From the NCBI GenBank assembly GCA_016748015.1, contig JAAOMT010000436.1, forward strand, positions 878,033 to 942,032: 64,000 nucleotides of DNA. Direction: 5' to 3'. This stretch comes from Geosiphon pyriformis uo1. Taxonomy: Eukaryota; Fungi; Glomeromycota. Position numbers and translations under genes: made by a program. Shown here in pieces: positions 25,138 to 39,270 of the stretch. Each line of letters opens with the position of its first letter. Position 1 is the first letter of the stretch. A model generated the notes under the pieces. The model was not told the DNA's origin, did no database searches, and saw nothing but the letters and a program-made list of their open reading frames with translations.

Positions 25138-28100
25138 TTAAAAATCTTCTGATACTTCAACTTGACGATCGCTGTATACGTATACGATGAAATTTCCCGT
25201 GACACCTTGATCCCATGTAGAAAATACCATGATGTAACCTAAAAATATTTCAAAATTTAATTTGTCTGCGAAAAAACTTGAACTAGATGCGTAAAAAAAT
25301 ACCGTCTTTTCGGGGAGGTAAAGCCACTTCTTCGGTACAAACGCCCTGGAATAAATATAAATTGAGAAATCGGAAAAGAACTGAACAAATAAAGAGTATA
25401 GCTACTTGTATATAATCAGTATAGGCTCCGGACGTTGCAACTTCTCTGCCAAGTTTCCTGGTAGGATGCTTTTCAAAAATTTTGATGTTGGTTGTGGGCG
25501 TTGGGGTAATCTCCGGAGTTTGTAATCGTATTCTAATGATAGTAAATATTGTGTGAAGTCATGAATCGAATAATGAAAATCAAAGTAACATCAAATTGAT
25601 GAAAGATTAAAGATTCTCAGCTCACTTCACAATTGTCATCTCTTTTATGGCAAGTCGGAAAGAAGGATTTTGATGGTATTCAGCGAAATTTGGGCATCCC
25701 ATCGCGTTGACTCCATCAATCCTAAAAAAATTTCCAGGCAAAATATAATTATTGGATCTTTGAAGAGTGCCAAATACATGAGCATAATATTTTACCATTT
25801 TCCGGTGACGACTTTTTTGAACATACCCTAAAAATTATTAAGTATTAGATTGTATTCATAATATTAAGTTGCCGAAAATTCAAATAAATACCGCTCCTTC
25901 AGCCGCTATAGGAACAAGGGTAAAATTGACATTTGACGATACCCTCAAAATAAAGTCTCCAATCAAACCGGGCTCATAGGTTGAGGCAACAATTGTGTAA
26001 TCACCCGCTAGATAAACAATCGATAAATCAAGCTTCATCAGCAATAAATTAATAGATCATCTTTATTAACCATACCTCGGATATCATCTATTTCACAATA
26101 ACAAAATCCATGCCGGTAATCACCCGATTGAACCAATACATCGTTGGGGGAGACGCTAATAAAATGAAGAGTGTGACTATCGCCTAGAATATGCCATATA
26201 ACAAACGCTAAAATTGCCCTTATACCCACCTGCCCACCCTTTTACCTCTACTCCAAACTAATTTGACATGAATCGCATATGCTTTCGGCCCTTCTAACAT
26301 GAGCATCAATCGAGCCTTCATGTTAATTGCATGAGAAGCGTTTGCCTGTGATATCGAGAGACAATACTGTGGATTATTCAAATATGTGATATTTGAGGCA
26401 TTGCCACCAGCTGTGAGGCTCGTCCATTGGCTACGAAGCTTTTGAAAGAGATGCAAATATTGAGAATACAAGTACATATTTTTGATAAAATAATTACAGA
26501 AACGGAACAAAGCTCACAGTCTTTTCAATGGGATATTTTTGGGGAACTTGACTAAGTGTAAAAGGCGATAAACAATAACATTTCAATGTGTAATCTAACG
26601 AATTCGTCTTTTGATGTTGAGCCACAACTATAGTGTATTGTGTAGTCCCGGGTGGGGCATTGAAACGAGCCTAAAAATTAATGCATTCAGTTGATATATG
26701 TCACCAGGTCACGAAATCAAAAAGACCAAAAAATGAAGGGATAATATTCACCAAGATGTGAGGACTGTTTACGTAAACACCCTATGATACAAATTGATGT
26801 AAGAAGTTTTACATCTAGCTTTAACTTTTGTCCTTAAATTACAGTAATTCAAAGCATACCTGAACCCAAGGTTTTCCACGATAATAAATTTTTTCTCCTT
26901 GCGTATTATTATAAACATGGAGAGTTATGTAATCTCTATTCTCGGCAATCACGGTGATATGTTTACTCAATAAAATGAATACCACGGATGGCTCTCCTTT
27001 TTCATTTACAATCTCCAGCTTGTACTGAGGATTGTGGACTATGATTTTGGTTTAAGCGAGCTAAATACATATATATGTAAGTGTAGAATCAAGACATCTA
27101 AACTCAATTAAAACCTCCTACCCAAATTAAAATCGTCGTGATCGACATCATTCATAGTAGGCCACGAACTTGGAAAAGAATCGTTAAATTTTGGCAAAAA
27201 GCAAAAATTGAGGTCGTCCAAATTTCAAAAAAATCTTAAAATCATAGAAATCAAAAAAACTCACGCATGCAGCGTATATTTGCAGGGGAACAATTCTGGG
27301 TTCCAATTCATATGTATTGAGTCGAAATACTTGCTTACAGAGCTAAAATCTATCCAGAATATCCCTAGAAGCACAAATGCAAAAATAAGTAACCTCTTTC
27401 AGAGTATATTAATTTACTTAATTCATAAAATAGCTTGCCGTCATCATTTCGAATAGCTTTCTGTCGATCATAATCCAATAATTCCATTAGGTTGGGTGTC
27501 CAAGAAGATTCATCTAAATAACTAAACGATCCTGTCCATCGTTTGTGACTCCAAGGATTTTTTACCTGCATAAAAAATGAAGTTTTAAAGTATGAGATAT
27601 AAGCATATTAAAGTGACACTTGTTCACGAACCTGTAGTAAACAGAACCCATTTACTTCCTTAACGTCTAATATTGAAAACAGGTAAGAGAGTCCGGGACT
27701 CTATGAACACTGAGGCTAAATAAAAGGACAGCATTAAAGAATTCGCTAAATACCTAATACCGCATATGCATGAGTCGGCACTAGACCAACTAAATCTGCT
27801 TCGGCATCAGTCATGGTCCCAGTTGCAATGGTTATCAAAGCATCCCCTAAAAATTTCAAAGTAATTAGTGATTTAAATAAATAATGGAGCCCTATAAATC
27901 AAAATATTGCAATACCATAGGTTTGGCCATCCAGAATTCTTTTCCAAGTACTTTGAGGATTGAAATTGGAGCTGAAATGCCAAAAAGATGAGAAAATATA
28001 TGTCATAAAATCAAAATCAAACGAATACATACTCTCTTATAAAGATATGTTCTGGAATCCAACCTGTCAAGGCACTGAAATTTTATTTTTAAGGAGGGTA

Positions 28101-30400
28101 AATTTTGAAAAAGAAAGCATAGTTTATGATAATTAAGAGAATTCCACTCACTGCAAATCAATGCCTGAATTGCTTTCATAACATTGAGCATAGTCATTAG
28201 AGACAAATTAGAGCCACTTTGAAGATAAAACTAACTGTAGTTTTAATTTTTTATACTTACGACCCCGGGAAATCATAGCCTCCCATCAACTTCATGTACT
28301 ATTAAATAAAAGGATAAATAATTAAATAACTGAAAAAATTCGTTTATATAAAAATTAAAATTAAATAATTACCGCCTTTTCAATTATACTGGCCCAAAGT
28401 TCATCCTTATTTGTCGAAAATGTGCACATCAAAGTACCTGTCCGGGAAACAGGAAGCAAATCATCGACAACTTTTATATAGTTTAGAAAAAGTAAAGCCG
28501 AGGTTGATTGATGGAGTTCGACGTGGGACAAAATTCTCATTTGATGCATAATTACTCACCAACCTATAAAAATGGATGCATCAGCGTTGAGAAAAATAAT
28601 AATCAAAAAATCTTTGGACCTTGAAATCTATAAAAGAATAGAAACCTACAGACATACTTTTCTTGGAATTCCATTACAAGTTAGTTTAATCATATACTTT
28701 CCGCTTGGATTATACATGGGTTGGCCTAGTTTGTTTTGCGGATATATACATCTGGTAATTAACTAGTTTGTAAAATGAGAAAGAAAGTTTAGAACAAAAA
28801 TGATAATGGAGATATTGCAACAATATTTTAAAATTTAAGATTGCCTGTTTTCGAAATTTTCTTTCGTAAGACGCGGAAACGCACAAAGATGCAACAAAAG
28901 AACAATCGGTGACAATATCCTTTAAAGTTTAAAATGATTCATGAGAATATTGACCTTTAGCTATGATAAATTATAATTCTTGCAATCGAACCCCAACCTG
29001 AATAATACTTGAACTAGAAATCATGGCGATCATCTTTGGATTTCTCATTATTTGCGAAGGGCGCCTCCAGGCACCGAAATTTTCCTTTTGCTTATCTGAT
29101 AAATTCACACTCCCGTCAGGATCACTACAGGAACTGTATTAGTGAGAAAAGCGCAAAAAAATGTATTAAGAACAATTCAATTACCCACGTGAAGGGTTGA
29201 TCGTAGGTAAACTGCTCATTCAAATCAATCTCGAGCCATGGCAAATAAATTTTGCCATTTACATGAGAGGTTTTGAAAATCACATCTCTTTCTGCCGTAG
29301 TCAGTTTAGCGTCTGGTGTGGAAGAATTCGAGCGAGGAACTTCTTCATTAGGAGATCGAACATCTTTAATGAAGATTAAATGAGTCGTTTAATGAACAAT
29401 ATAAAATGAAGCCCAATCAAAGAATTGCCAATTTTGATCTTCAAAAATCTCATACTTAATAGAGACATTGATTTGGTAGGTAATCCTTTCAAATTCTCGG
29501 CTCTGTCAAGCAATCCAGATACTTTTGCTTTTAACTTTACCCTTAGAGCTTCATCTCGCGTTTCTGGCACAGGAAAAAAGATACCAATTCCAAGTCAGTT
29601 GAAATTTTCTCTAAAAAAGCTCAAATTCAAAATCTCATAATTTCCCTATTTAATGAATGAAGATTTTGAAAAATATCAACCTTTGATTGCTTTGAGATAA
29701 ACGTCAACAGCATCAGTATAAAGGTTCAAGGCTTCTTGATCATTTTTTTGCGTGTCCTGAATTAAAGCTTGATCTAATATTGTCTACTTTTGGGAGAAAA
29801 CATAGAGCACACACTAAATCAAACCGTTTCGTTTTATAAAACGGAAAGATTAAAAAGGAGCAGGTAATGCTACGAAACCTGGGCCTTTTTCATCAGATTC
29901 TCCAATTGAGAGGTTTCTTTCCCTTGTGTCCCGCTCTGATTAACAGATAGAAGGTTCAATTCTACGACACGTTGTTTATATTCCTGACATTTCCTCATAG
30001 CCATATTTTTCTTTCTTTGATCATTCTCAACTTCAAACAATTTGTAATAAAGGTTTGAATCATAAATCAGATTAGATTTCAAAGTTGAGTTTTATTACAA
30101 GGCAAACTGACAAAACATACGGTTTATTATCCGCTCAAATAACTATTCAAATAGAGCATGGAAAGCGAACCATGTAAAATGTTATCGAAAAAAGAAAGCT
30201 AGTGAATAAAGGCGCGATGAGATCCACTACGAAAGGACCATTCTTATGAATAGAAAAACAACCTCAATAACCTCTAAGTAACAACTTTTGGCTAGAAGAA
30301 AGTTTTCTTTTTGATCTTCTTTCACCGCCTGAGTGGCTACATGAAGAGCATGTTCACTTAAACTCGTGAGGATTTCGTTGCTCGGCCTGATGTCAGCCAT
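25138..30400 (-). CDS. palB: PalB/Rim13/calpain-7-type cysteine protease (2 MIT domains, CysPc, 2 calpain-III domains; many exons)
   Basis: Starts MADIRPSNE with MIT helices. Catalytic [13 protein letters not shown] (Cys), PTHAYAVL (His), QVKNPW (Asn). Also [30 protein letters not shown] and two NPQY-type motifs. Ends [13 protein letters not shown]. Confidence 0.92.
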
Positions 30401-30520
30401 GGGAATTCATCAAAGAAGATAACCTCAAAAAGTGAGAAAACTCTTCGGAGAGTCTTAGCCTCAAAGAGAACATCCTGCAGTGTGACTTTAGCCAATAGTT
30501 TTCCCAGATTGTTTTAAAAA

Positions 30521-30559
<39 letters not shown>
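30521..30559. repeat. (ATT)13 microsatellite in the divergent intergenic region
   Basis: Read directly from the sequence. Confidence 0.95.
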
Positions 30560-30718
30560 GATAACAATTTATATTTTTATTTATAAATAAAATAATACAT
30601 AAAAAACTTGATAATTTAAATCTTTTAAAAAAGTAGAGGTTACACGATCTGAGATCTAATTTTTTTACGGCGTGACTTGTTCAAAAGATGCCGCATTTTT
30701 ACGCTATTTTCTTCCCTA

Positions 30719-33700
30719 ATGGCTTACCCTCAATTATTTGATAATTCAAGAATTCTCCATTCTATTCTTTTTAATTATCTTTCGAATGATAACTCAGTTG
30801 AAAATTATATTCCATTTATATTGGAATCCATGATTTACCACCAACTTTTAATACCACAAAAACTTCAAGAAACAGAAGTTGAATCGAATAAAAGTCAGAA
30901 AGCACTTTTGCATAAATGGTGCACTCGTGTCAATTCTTTACTTTCCTCAAAAGTTAGCGGTGCCCGATGGGCCGGAGTATCTTTTGTAAAATTATCAATA
31001 GAACAGTCCGAAGCTCTATATGTTGAAAATCTCAGTAGTTGGAGCTTAGCACTTTTGAACATACTTACGGTCTGTTATTTTAAATTGATTGCATTTATTA
31101 TGGAATTTCACCGAGTTCTTGGAGATAAATCATGTAACTTATCTATTCCAGCGACCTGAACCTATACCAACTTTAGAAGTCACTATAGCAACTTTATCAG
31201 AGCTCTTCGCCAGGACTATTAACAGGCCTGAATTACAACGGGAACTCACCTCGCAATTCTTGCCACGTTTCAATGCATGCCTTTTGGATCTTTCAGAAAA
31301 TAAAGAATTATTGGTAAATCTTTAGTTGTGAATCTATAAACCTTACCTTGTTATTTCGCTCTCTCAATCTTAACATTTTCTCCAAAAGCCATCCATATTT
31401 CAAGCATTATCGCGATCTGTATCCCTCTTTCCTTCTATATTTCGTCCTTTTGTTGAAAATGCACAAAACTTGTGTCTTCTTATTGTCAACGGCTCTCTTG
31501 GATCTGATACAACGGTGGTAAAAGAGGCAGCGAACTGTTTAGCAAAAATATCTCGGGCTGGTGGTAAATCTAGTCCATCAGAACAATGGCGCTCCAATTT
31601 AATCAAATTAATGGGATCTATGCACCAGGTTCTGGATAAATTGTTCGACTCTGTGGATGAAGGTTTGTGTTTTTTCAATTCTTAAATTTTAGATCAAGGG
31701 ATAAGCTTTCTAAAATTATCTATAAAGAATCTCAATACGCCAAAAAGCAATCCTCCTTTGAGTTACCTCCCGTTTCGGAAGATTATATCCTGGCTTTTCC
31801 TGTTTTTTTTGAGCGCTTCAAAACACTTTCTGAATGCATGGTTTCCATGCTAAGGTAACTATTACGATCTCCTCATCTGATAACTATGGTTATATGTTTT
31901 GTGGTTCAATAAATTTCCCAAAAAATTCATATAGTTCTCCAAGTCCACACTGTGTTCAAATTCCAGTCAACAAGATCATCAATCTTTTATGCAGAGTATT
32001 TAATATCTGCGAAGGAACCATCTTAAGTTTTTATATAATTTCTCTGATTTATATCCATTTTAGTATCAAAGTTTTCCTAAAATCAATCTTTATGAATTTT
32101 ATAACAACAGTTAGGAGAGCATAAAGAAAAGAACGAATTTTTTACCCTCATGATTGGTGTTCCAACACTTCATTTAGCTGCCATTGAAATACTTGCAAGT
32201 CTTATTTTAAGGTACGATAGTCATATGTGTTTTTTTTATTAGAGTACAAAATGGCATGTTACTCATAACCTCATCCTTGTATATTTAAAGTGTAGGAGAC
32301 CATCTTTTACATTCCATGCGGTTAATAAATGAGATCATAATGAAGCTTCTCAATCAGTATAGGAAACAGCCGTATGTTTTTGTTCTTACTTTCTGGAAGA
32401 AATTCTCGTTCAACTCTGATTTCTAACTTTAGATCAAATATTATCAGATTAGTTCGCACCTCCATTTATTATTTAGCCAAGCTATGTATCCAAAAATATG
32501 GGATTGGTTTTCTGCAACTTGCTTCATCTCCATTGATATATCACATTACCGAAGATCTCATTGTTGTTAAGAGGACCCCCACGAATATAACAGAAGGATT
32601 GAGCCCAATTTCTGGCAAGGTACTCACTCACTTGAATAGTCTTGAAGCATCTGATAAATATTTTATCACTAATTCGGCTATATAATCAAGTAGAAAGCCG
32701 GGAAAAAGAAAAAAACCCAAATCACAAATTCTGATAATTTTATTGGTACAAGAACCGTTATCGAGCAAGCTAGTAGTAACGTGCAGTTTGCTGCACTCGA
32801 AAGTAAATATTATTTCATAAGAAATATTTAATATCTCATAAATATCATCATTACTGACTTTAAGGTTTCCTTTTGATACTAGCACTCAATTGCTTGTTGC
32901 CAATATATGGAGAATCTTTATCAGCCTCTTCACGTGCTACTATCGATAAATTGCTCCTAACCCGCATTTTGGATTCCACTCTGATTTCACATACGGAATC
33001 TAATGATAATGAACATTCTATTCAATTGAAGTTGCATGAATGCTTGCTAGCCTCTGCTGTGGCCGCTTCAGAATATCAACCCAGCATTATTACCCACGCG
33101 CTTCGTGTCTTTACAGCAGGCCTCAATTCGCATTCTTATCAGGTTAATCTTCAATTTATTAAGAGACTCTTCTTATTATCAAATTTCTCATTACTGTAAT
33201 GTCCTTATTGCTTCTCTATTTTAGATACAATTATTTTGCTCGCAAGCATTGACAATATGTGATTTAATATATCATCCCAGATTGCCATCAATCGCTCGTT
33301 TTGAATCCACTTCTACTACCGCTCCGCCAATATCTTTGGGTTATAAACAATCTACTTTGGTAAATCCTGCTCAAGAAGATAGAAAAGAGGAGGAAGAAGA
33401 GGAAGAAAAGCGAGAGACAAAAATGGAAAATCATTATGGAAAAACAGTGGAGATAAATATCTATAGAGATCAAGACGTCCAACAGAGTGAACCTAGCCTG
33501 GATAATCGAAGCATAATTCAAGAGTCATGTAATATCGCTGAAAAAGATGGGGTAAATATTTTCGGCAGATAAAACCTTAGGATTTTTAATCAATTATTCA
33601 TGAATATTTTAATTGTATCCTTTTTATAATCCCTTCCAAGGCTTCTGTATCGGATAAAGAAGTTACATTTGTTGCAGATACCTCTTCGTCGCTTCAGCAG

Positions 33701-33823
33701 TCTCCGTCAACATCCAGATTATACTCGGAGAGGATATCAGATGTAGAAGATGATTTTGAGATCCCCGAGATTGTTGATGAAGGACCGGATTCTGAATTTG
33801 AAGACGATTTGATGGATGAATAA
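30719..33823 (+). CDS. RIX1: Rix1/PELP1 pre-60S/rixosome component (multi-exon)
   Basis: N-terminal KWCTRVNSLLSSKVSGARWAG, helical repeats, the conserved ICDLIYHPRLP motif, and an acidic tail ending IPEIVDEGPDSEFEDDLMDE*. Confidence 0.85.
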
Positions 33824-35934
33824 ATACTCTCAAATTCCAGATTTCATTAATAACACCATGGCTACTATACATTCTTCAGAGATCTTATTATCTACCTTTC
33901 GCACGGCGTCTATTTCTGTCCTGGTTCTTTGATTCAAGGGATAATTCTTTGGCTTATATAAAAGGATCAGTAATTTTTGGTAAGTTTTTGGCATTTTATT
34001 TCCCCATCTAACACCAAAGTCATTTTGGCGCTTGAAATAAGTATAAAATCCTGGATGCGGGGGCCAATCAAAAATATGACTGAAAAGTTTCAAGACTTCA
34101 TTTGCGGTAAAATTTCCCCATTGAAAATAGTTACCGAGAATTTTGTTTATTTGATCATTATTATAAGTTGCAGTGTATTTTGTTTTTTTAAACGTTTTAT
34201 CGAGTTTTACTGAAAATTCTATTCTACTTTAAAATGCAATTCCAGTTTTTTGTCCAAAAATTAATTAAATTAATTAATAAAACAAATAATTCAATATTTT
34301 ATGCTTGGTTTTTTAATTAAAACATAAATGTTATTAAGTATTTCATTAATATTTTTCCTACGATTGAAGTCACGTGTTATGTATTGCATGTAACATATAA
34401 TGTAAAATTTATGTTTTTGTATATTTTTTTCATATTAACTTTTTATGATCATTATTAAAGTTTTTTTAATATAAAAACCAAAAGTTTTATATAAATAAAA
34501 TAAAAAACATATTGTTCAAAAGCATATTTTTCAATAAATAAGCTTTTACAAGTAATAATTAAATTTAAAAGTTAAAATATGTTTAATTATAAAATATTAA
34601 CAATTTTTAAGTAGTTAATTAATAAATAAATAAAAATAAACTTTATTTTTTTAATATTTTTAAATATATTACATATTAATTATTATAATATTTATTTTAA
34701 TTAATTATTAAGCTTTGTTTTATGTTATAATTTAAAATATTAGACTAAATTTTAAAAAATAAAACTAATTAACAATTGTTGATTAAAATATAATAACAAA
34801 TTTAAGAAACATAAAAGATAAAGATTAACAGTTTATTTTTATTTTGTAATTAAGTACAAATCAGTTGTATTGATAATAATATTATAAAATTCTTAAACAA
34901 TCAAGTGTTAAAGAAATAATATTAGTAATACTAACAAAAAAAATGAAACTTAAATGGTTTTAAACAACAAAAAACTTGTTAACATGTTTTGTAGTTTAGA
35001 TAAAAAATTTATTGTTTTTAATTTGGTATTTTTTTTAAAAAAGACTGATTTTTAAAAAGTATTTTTTTATTCCTAATTTTGGTCATATTTTTGAACGATT
35101 CTTTTCAAATTTTAAAGGAATAAACACATAAAAATTAAGGTTCTTGGTAAAGAGGTATTTCATTAGCCGAAACTCTAATTTTACATATCTCAAATTCTGA
35201 ACAGGAACAATAGATTGAAAAAAATCTATAAAATATAACATCAAAAAATCAAATGGTTGAAATAACAAATAAGAATTCTAAAAAATATTATTTTCTTAAT
35301 AATTAAAGAGGTTTTAAACCCATGTACAGTGCTTATTTGAAATTTATGAGAATTTTAACGAAATTAATTGGAGCCCCCCAATTTACAAACTTTTTAAAAA
35401 AAAAAATCAAGCTTCTCGAGATGTTGAAAATTTTTTATTTTAATAATACATGCATTTTTGAATTAAGAAATTTCTTTTATTTTTTTTTTTTAAATAAATT
35501 TTTAGTTTTAACAGCAATTTTAAAATTTTTTTGCTCAATTTTTAGAAAACTTTGTTAAAATAACGCTTTAATAGTACGATTATTTGGAAAAAAAGCATGT
35601 TCAAACAGATGAAAAAAATTCTAGAAAAAGATCATGTGTAGCCAAAGAGATCTTTAATTAAGAAAAAGAAAGGACTGTTTGATTCGGTTCGAAATTTTAC
35701 TAATTTTCTTTAAATTCACCATTGGTTTATTAATATTATATTTCTACTTATTGAGGTTTCCATCAGAAATTTGGGATCAGGATAGTTTTGGAATTAAAAG
35801 ACAATTCTTTAAAATAGTTTTATTAAATGTTGAATATAATAGGCTGAAGCTAAATTCTTTCACTTAATCACTGCTTTATTGTATGGGCGAGAAGGGAATT
35901 AGAAAATTAGAAATTAACTTATTGGAAATGATGC

Positions 35935-36043
35935 AAAGACAAAACAAAACAAAACAAAGACAAAACAAAACGAAACAAAGACAAAACAAAACAAAACAAA
36001 ACAAAACAAAGACAAAACAAAACAAAACAAAACAAAACAAGAC
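35935..36043. repeat. (CAAAA)n microsatellite with variants
   Basis: Read directly from the sequence. Confidence 0.9.
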
Positions 36044-36239
36044 GAGAATAAAAAAAAATATAATATATTTAATACTATTTCAGCCTGTTTCTTTGGACCT
36101 GATTGATTGAAACTGTTGGTATTTTTAAGATATAACATAATTAGTAAAGAAAAATGCTTTGAATTAAAAGTACTTAAACAATAAAAACTTTTTGTGTCAA
36201 AATAATCTAATTTATAACGATAAAAATAAAAATTACACA

Positions 36240-36271
<32 letters not shown>

Positions 36272-36464
36272 GAAGATTTTTAAAAAATCAAAATATTAAA
36301 ATTTTTTGCATCATTTAATTATTAATACGAAAAAAAAAACTTGATATATTTTTTATTGTTATTTAATTAAATTTGCAAAAATTACAAAAATTAAATCTTT
36401 ATCAAAATTATAAAAATTGATGCATAAATTAGTGACGTGACGTAACTATTACCTTCCAAAACTC

Positions 36465-37026
36465 CCTTTTTATAGAGTTTGTTGAAATCAGCAGTAGCTT
36501 CTTTTGAGACAAGGTTGTCCTAGTCATCTCATTCGCAGTCCTAATAATCCAAGTTGGTATAAACTGAAAAAGGAGTTCGTCTTATTTCGCCCTCCCTTCT
36601 TCCCGCTTCTCGACCTTTTTATAGAGCTTGTTGAAATCAGCCGTAGCTTCTTTTGAGACAAGGTTGTCCTAGTCATCTCATTCGCAGTCCTAATAATCCA
36701 AGTTGGTATAAACTGAAAAAGGAGTTCGTCTTATTTCGCCCTCCCTTCTTCCCGCTTCTCGACCTTTTTATAGAGCTTGTTGAAATCAGCCGTAGCTTCT
36801 TTTGAGACAAGGTTGTCCTAGTCATCTCATTCGCAGTCCTAATAATCCAAGTTGGTATAAACTGAAAAAGGAGTTCGTCTTATTTCGCCCTCCCTTCTTC
36901 CCGCTTCTCGACCTTTTTATAGAGCTTGTTGAAATCAGCCGTAGCTTCTTTTGAGACAAGGTTGTCCTAGTCATCTCATTCGCAGTCCTAATAATCCAAG
37001 TCGGTATAAACTGAAAAAGGAGTTCG
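36465..37026. repeat. Near-perfect 149-bp tandem repeat, ~3.8 copies
   Basis: AAGGTTGTCCTAGTC recurs at 36511, 36660, 36809 and 36958. Confidence 0.95.
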
Positions 37027-39270
37027 GAAATAATAAGCGAATGCCTCGCCAAGTTCAACGTTCCCTCTTAATAATAGGGTCCAAAGCCGCACTTTTTGAT
37101 TTTTTCCACATTAAAGCGTCATGGTTGTGGAGTAATACTTACAATATGGGAGATTGTGAACCAGTCAACTATCACTCTATTCAACTTGAAGGTTTAAAAA
37201 TGTATGTCGAGAGTCAGATCCATCTAAACATATGAATTTCGCTATCCTTGCTGGCCAAATCTTCTTCATGCTTCAGCAATAACATCACTGATAGGTAATT
37301 CCAAAATTTATTTATACTCTCTCCACTATTTGAACAAAGCACCCAAAAAGTGTTGGCACAATGGTTTAAAATTTTGAATCGCCTTTATTTACAAAAATAG
37401 AAAATCACTTTTTTCTGTTATGCAATTCAATTGATCTGGTATCGGTTATGATTATCCGACGAAAAATGGTTTAAATTCAACTAATTTGGACTAGGCAACC
37501 TTGATGAAGCTCCCAACTTTATGGCTGATCTTTCACAAACCAAAATTGACTTCAACATTTTCAACAAACACAACAAAAGCGATTAAAAGAGCATAGATTG
37601 TCCGACTTCAGTTCATCGTCTTTTTTTTTTTTTTTTTTTACAAGTGTGAGGTACTCTTATCGTTACATTTCACCCTGATTGGGACTAAAAAAAACCTCAG
37701 AATTTATTTTATTTCTCAACTACATATTGAACATTAAACACTTTTACAGTCTTTGGCAGGGGGGGTTTTTTTTTTACAAATTGTCACTCCTTTTTAAATT
37801 AAGAAGCTGGCATATTATTATCATTTTCTTTTCCTGTGCTTTTTAATTGCTTATCAATAATAATCATTGATTAATTGATTGATTTTTATTTTATTAAACA
37901 CACAAAACAATCGAATTTAATCAAGCATGTTTGGATTTTCGGAGTAATATCTAAAGTGAGAACATCTCTTTCCCCGCGCTTTTTCAAGAAACTCAAAGAC
38001 GTTTGAATATCATTATGATATGTTAAGCCAGGGATCTTCTTTTAAGTTTTATAGTTTTTGTTTTATTACTCCATTTTATTCCTCACAAAACACCATTGAT
38101 TTTTATTGAAGTTTAAAGAGAATTTAAAATATTTTAAACTAGCTTACCAGTTAATAATTCAAGAGGAGACTTTTTCATAGATTTTAGTAAAAATTCCTTG
38201 GGGAATTTTTAAGAATGAGTTGTTAGATGATCTAACTGATGGGCGAATCTCGATGACTAAAATTCATTGGCGCCTTAGCAGCTTCATTGAGCCACGAGAG
38301 GTGTGGCTGGCAGGTTGGATGTAAGTAAGATAGGGTGAATCCTCGTCGTTAAAAACTTCTAGCGCCCTGTCAGGTTCATCCGATTAGTAAAGGTGGAGTC
38401 GGGTGAATCCAGTGGACGAAAATCCGCTGTTCCCATCCCTGATTTAGGGAAGGTTGCTTTTAGGAAAATGTTCTTAATTTATTCCCCCAACAACGGGGGT
38501 CAAGATAATATTGTGGGTAAAAGGATATCCACAATTATATTATTTATTATGAAGAATATTTTCCAGAGATTAAAAGATTCACATCAAGAAACTTTTGATC
38601 ATTGGGGTTTTTAATAAGTGTTGAGCTCTTTACCCCTATTGAAATTTAATTTAAAATATAAATAAATTATTTTATAAAACAATAATAAAATTTAACTTGA
38701 AATTTTAAAAATTTATTAATTTAATGTTTAATAAATTTTACAATATTTTTATATATTGTTTTAACTCAAAAAATAACTGAAAATAATTATCTGTAAAGAA
38801 TTTATTAACATATTATTATTATTTTAATTATTTAAATATTTAAAAATAATATCAATCTGTAATATTTTAATTAAAATTTAAATTAAATTTACAAAAATAA
38901 TAAATTATTATAATTTGTAACTTATCAGTTATTTTTGTCGAATTTATATACATGAATTTTTCATTCGTAAATCAAAAATCAAATATTAAAAAACCTAATC
39001 CTTTTTTCAAATTTGAACCTGCAAACGAATCGAATATATGGAAATCTCAAGTCACACCCCCCCCCCCACAGCCGGTTTTTGCCTTTGATGTAATAGACGA
39101 CTTTTACAATTATATGAACTGACCCAAAGAACAAATTATCTTATATCTGATTTTTTTCGAATTTCAAATTTCCAACCCCCCACCCTGTTCCTTTAACAAC
39201 AAGGTTTTCCGTTCGATCTGAAATTTAGTAAACTGAATTGTTTCACTATTAGTACTATTCTCTGGACAAA

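Noticed and set aside
32020-32115. Apparent non-canonical TT donor (ATC|TTAAGT) in RIX1
   Set aside because: A canonical GT-AG solution (TTAA|GTTTTT...TTAG|GA) keeps the frame.
35883-36240. ORFs 35883-36110 and 35914-36240
   Set aside because: Products of the (CAAAA)n microsatellite.
36465-37026. CRISPR array or 5S/tRNA gene array
   Set aside because: The whole unit is repeated with no unique spacers, and no 5S or tRNA structure or A/B boxes were recognised.
38200-38620. GC-richer island between AT-rich tracts
   Set aside because: Could be a gene remnant or ncRNA, but no motif, splice pattern or structure could be supported by eye.
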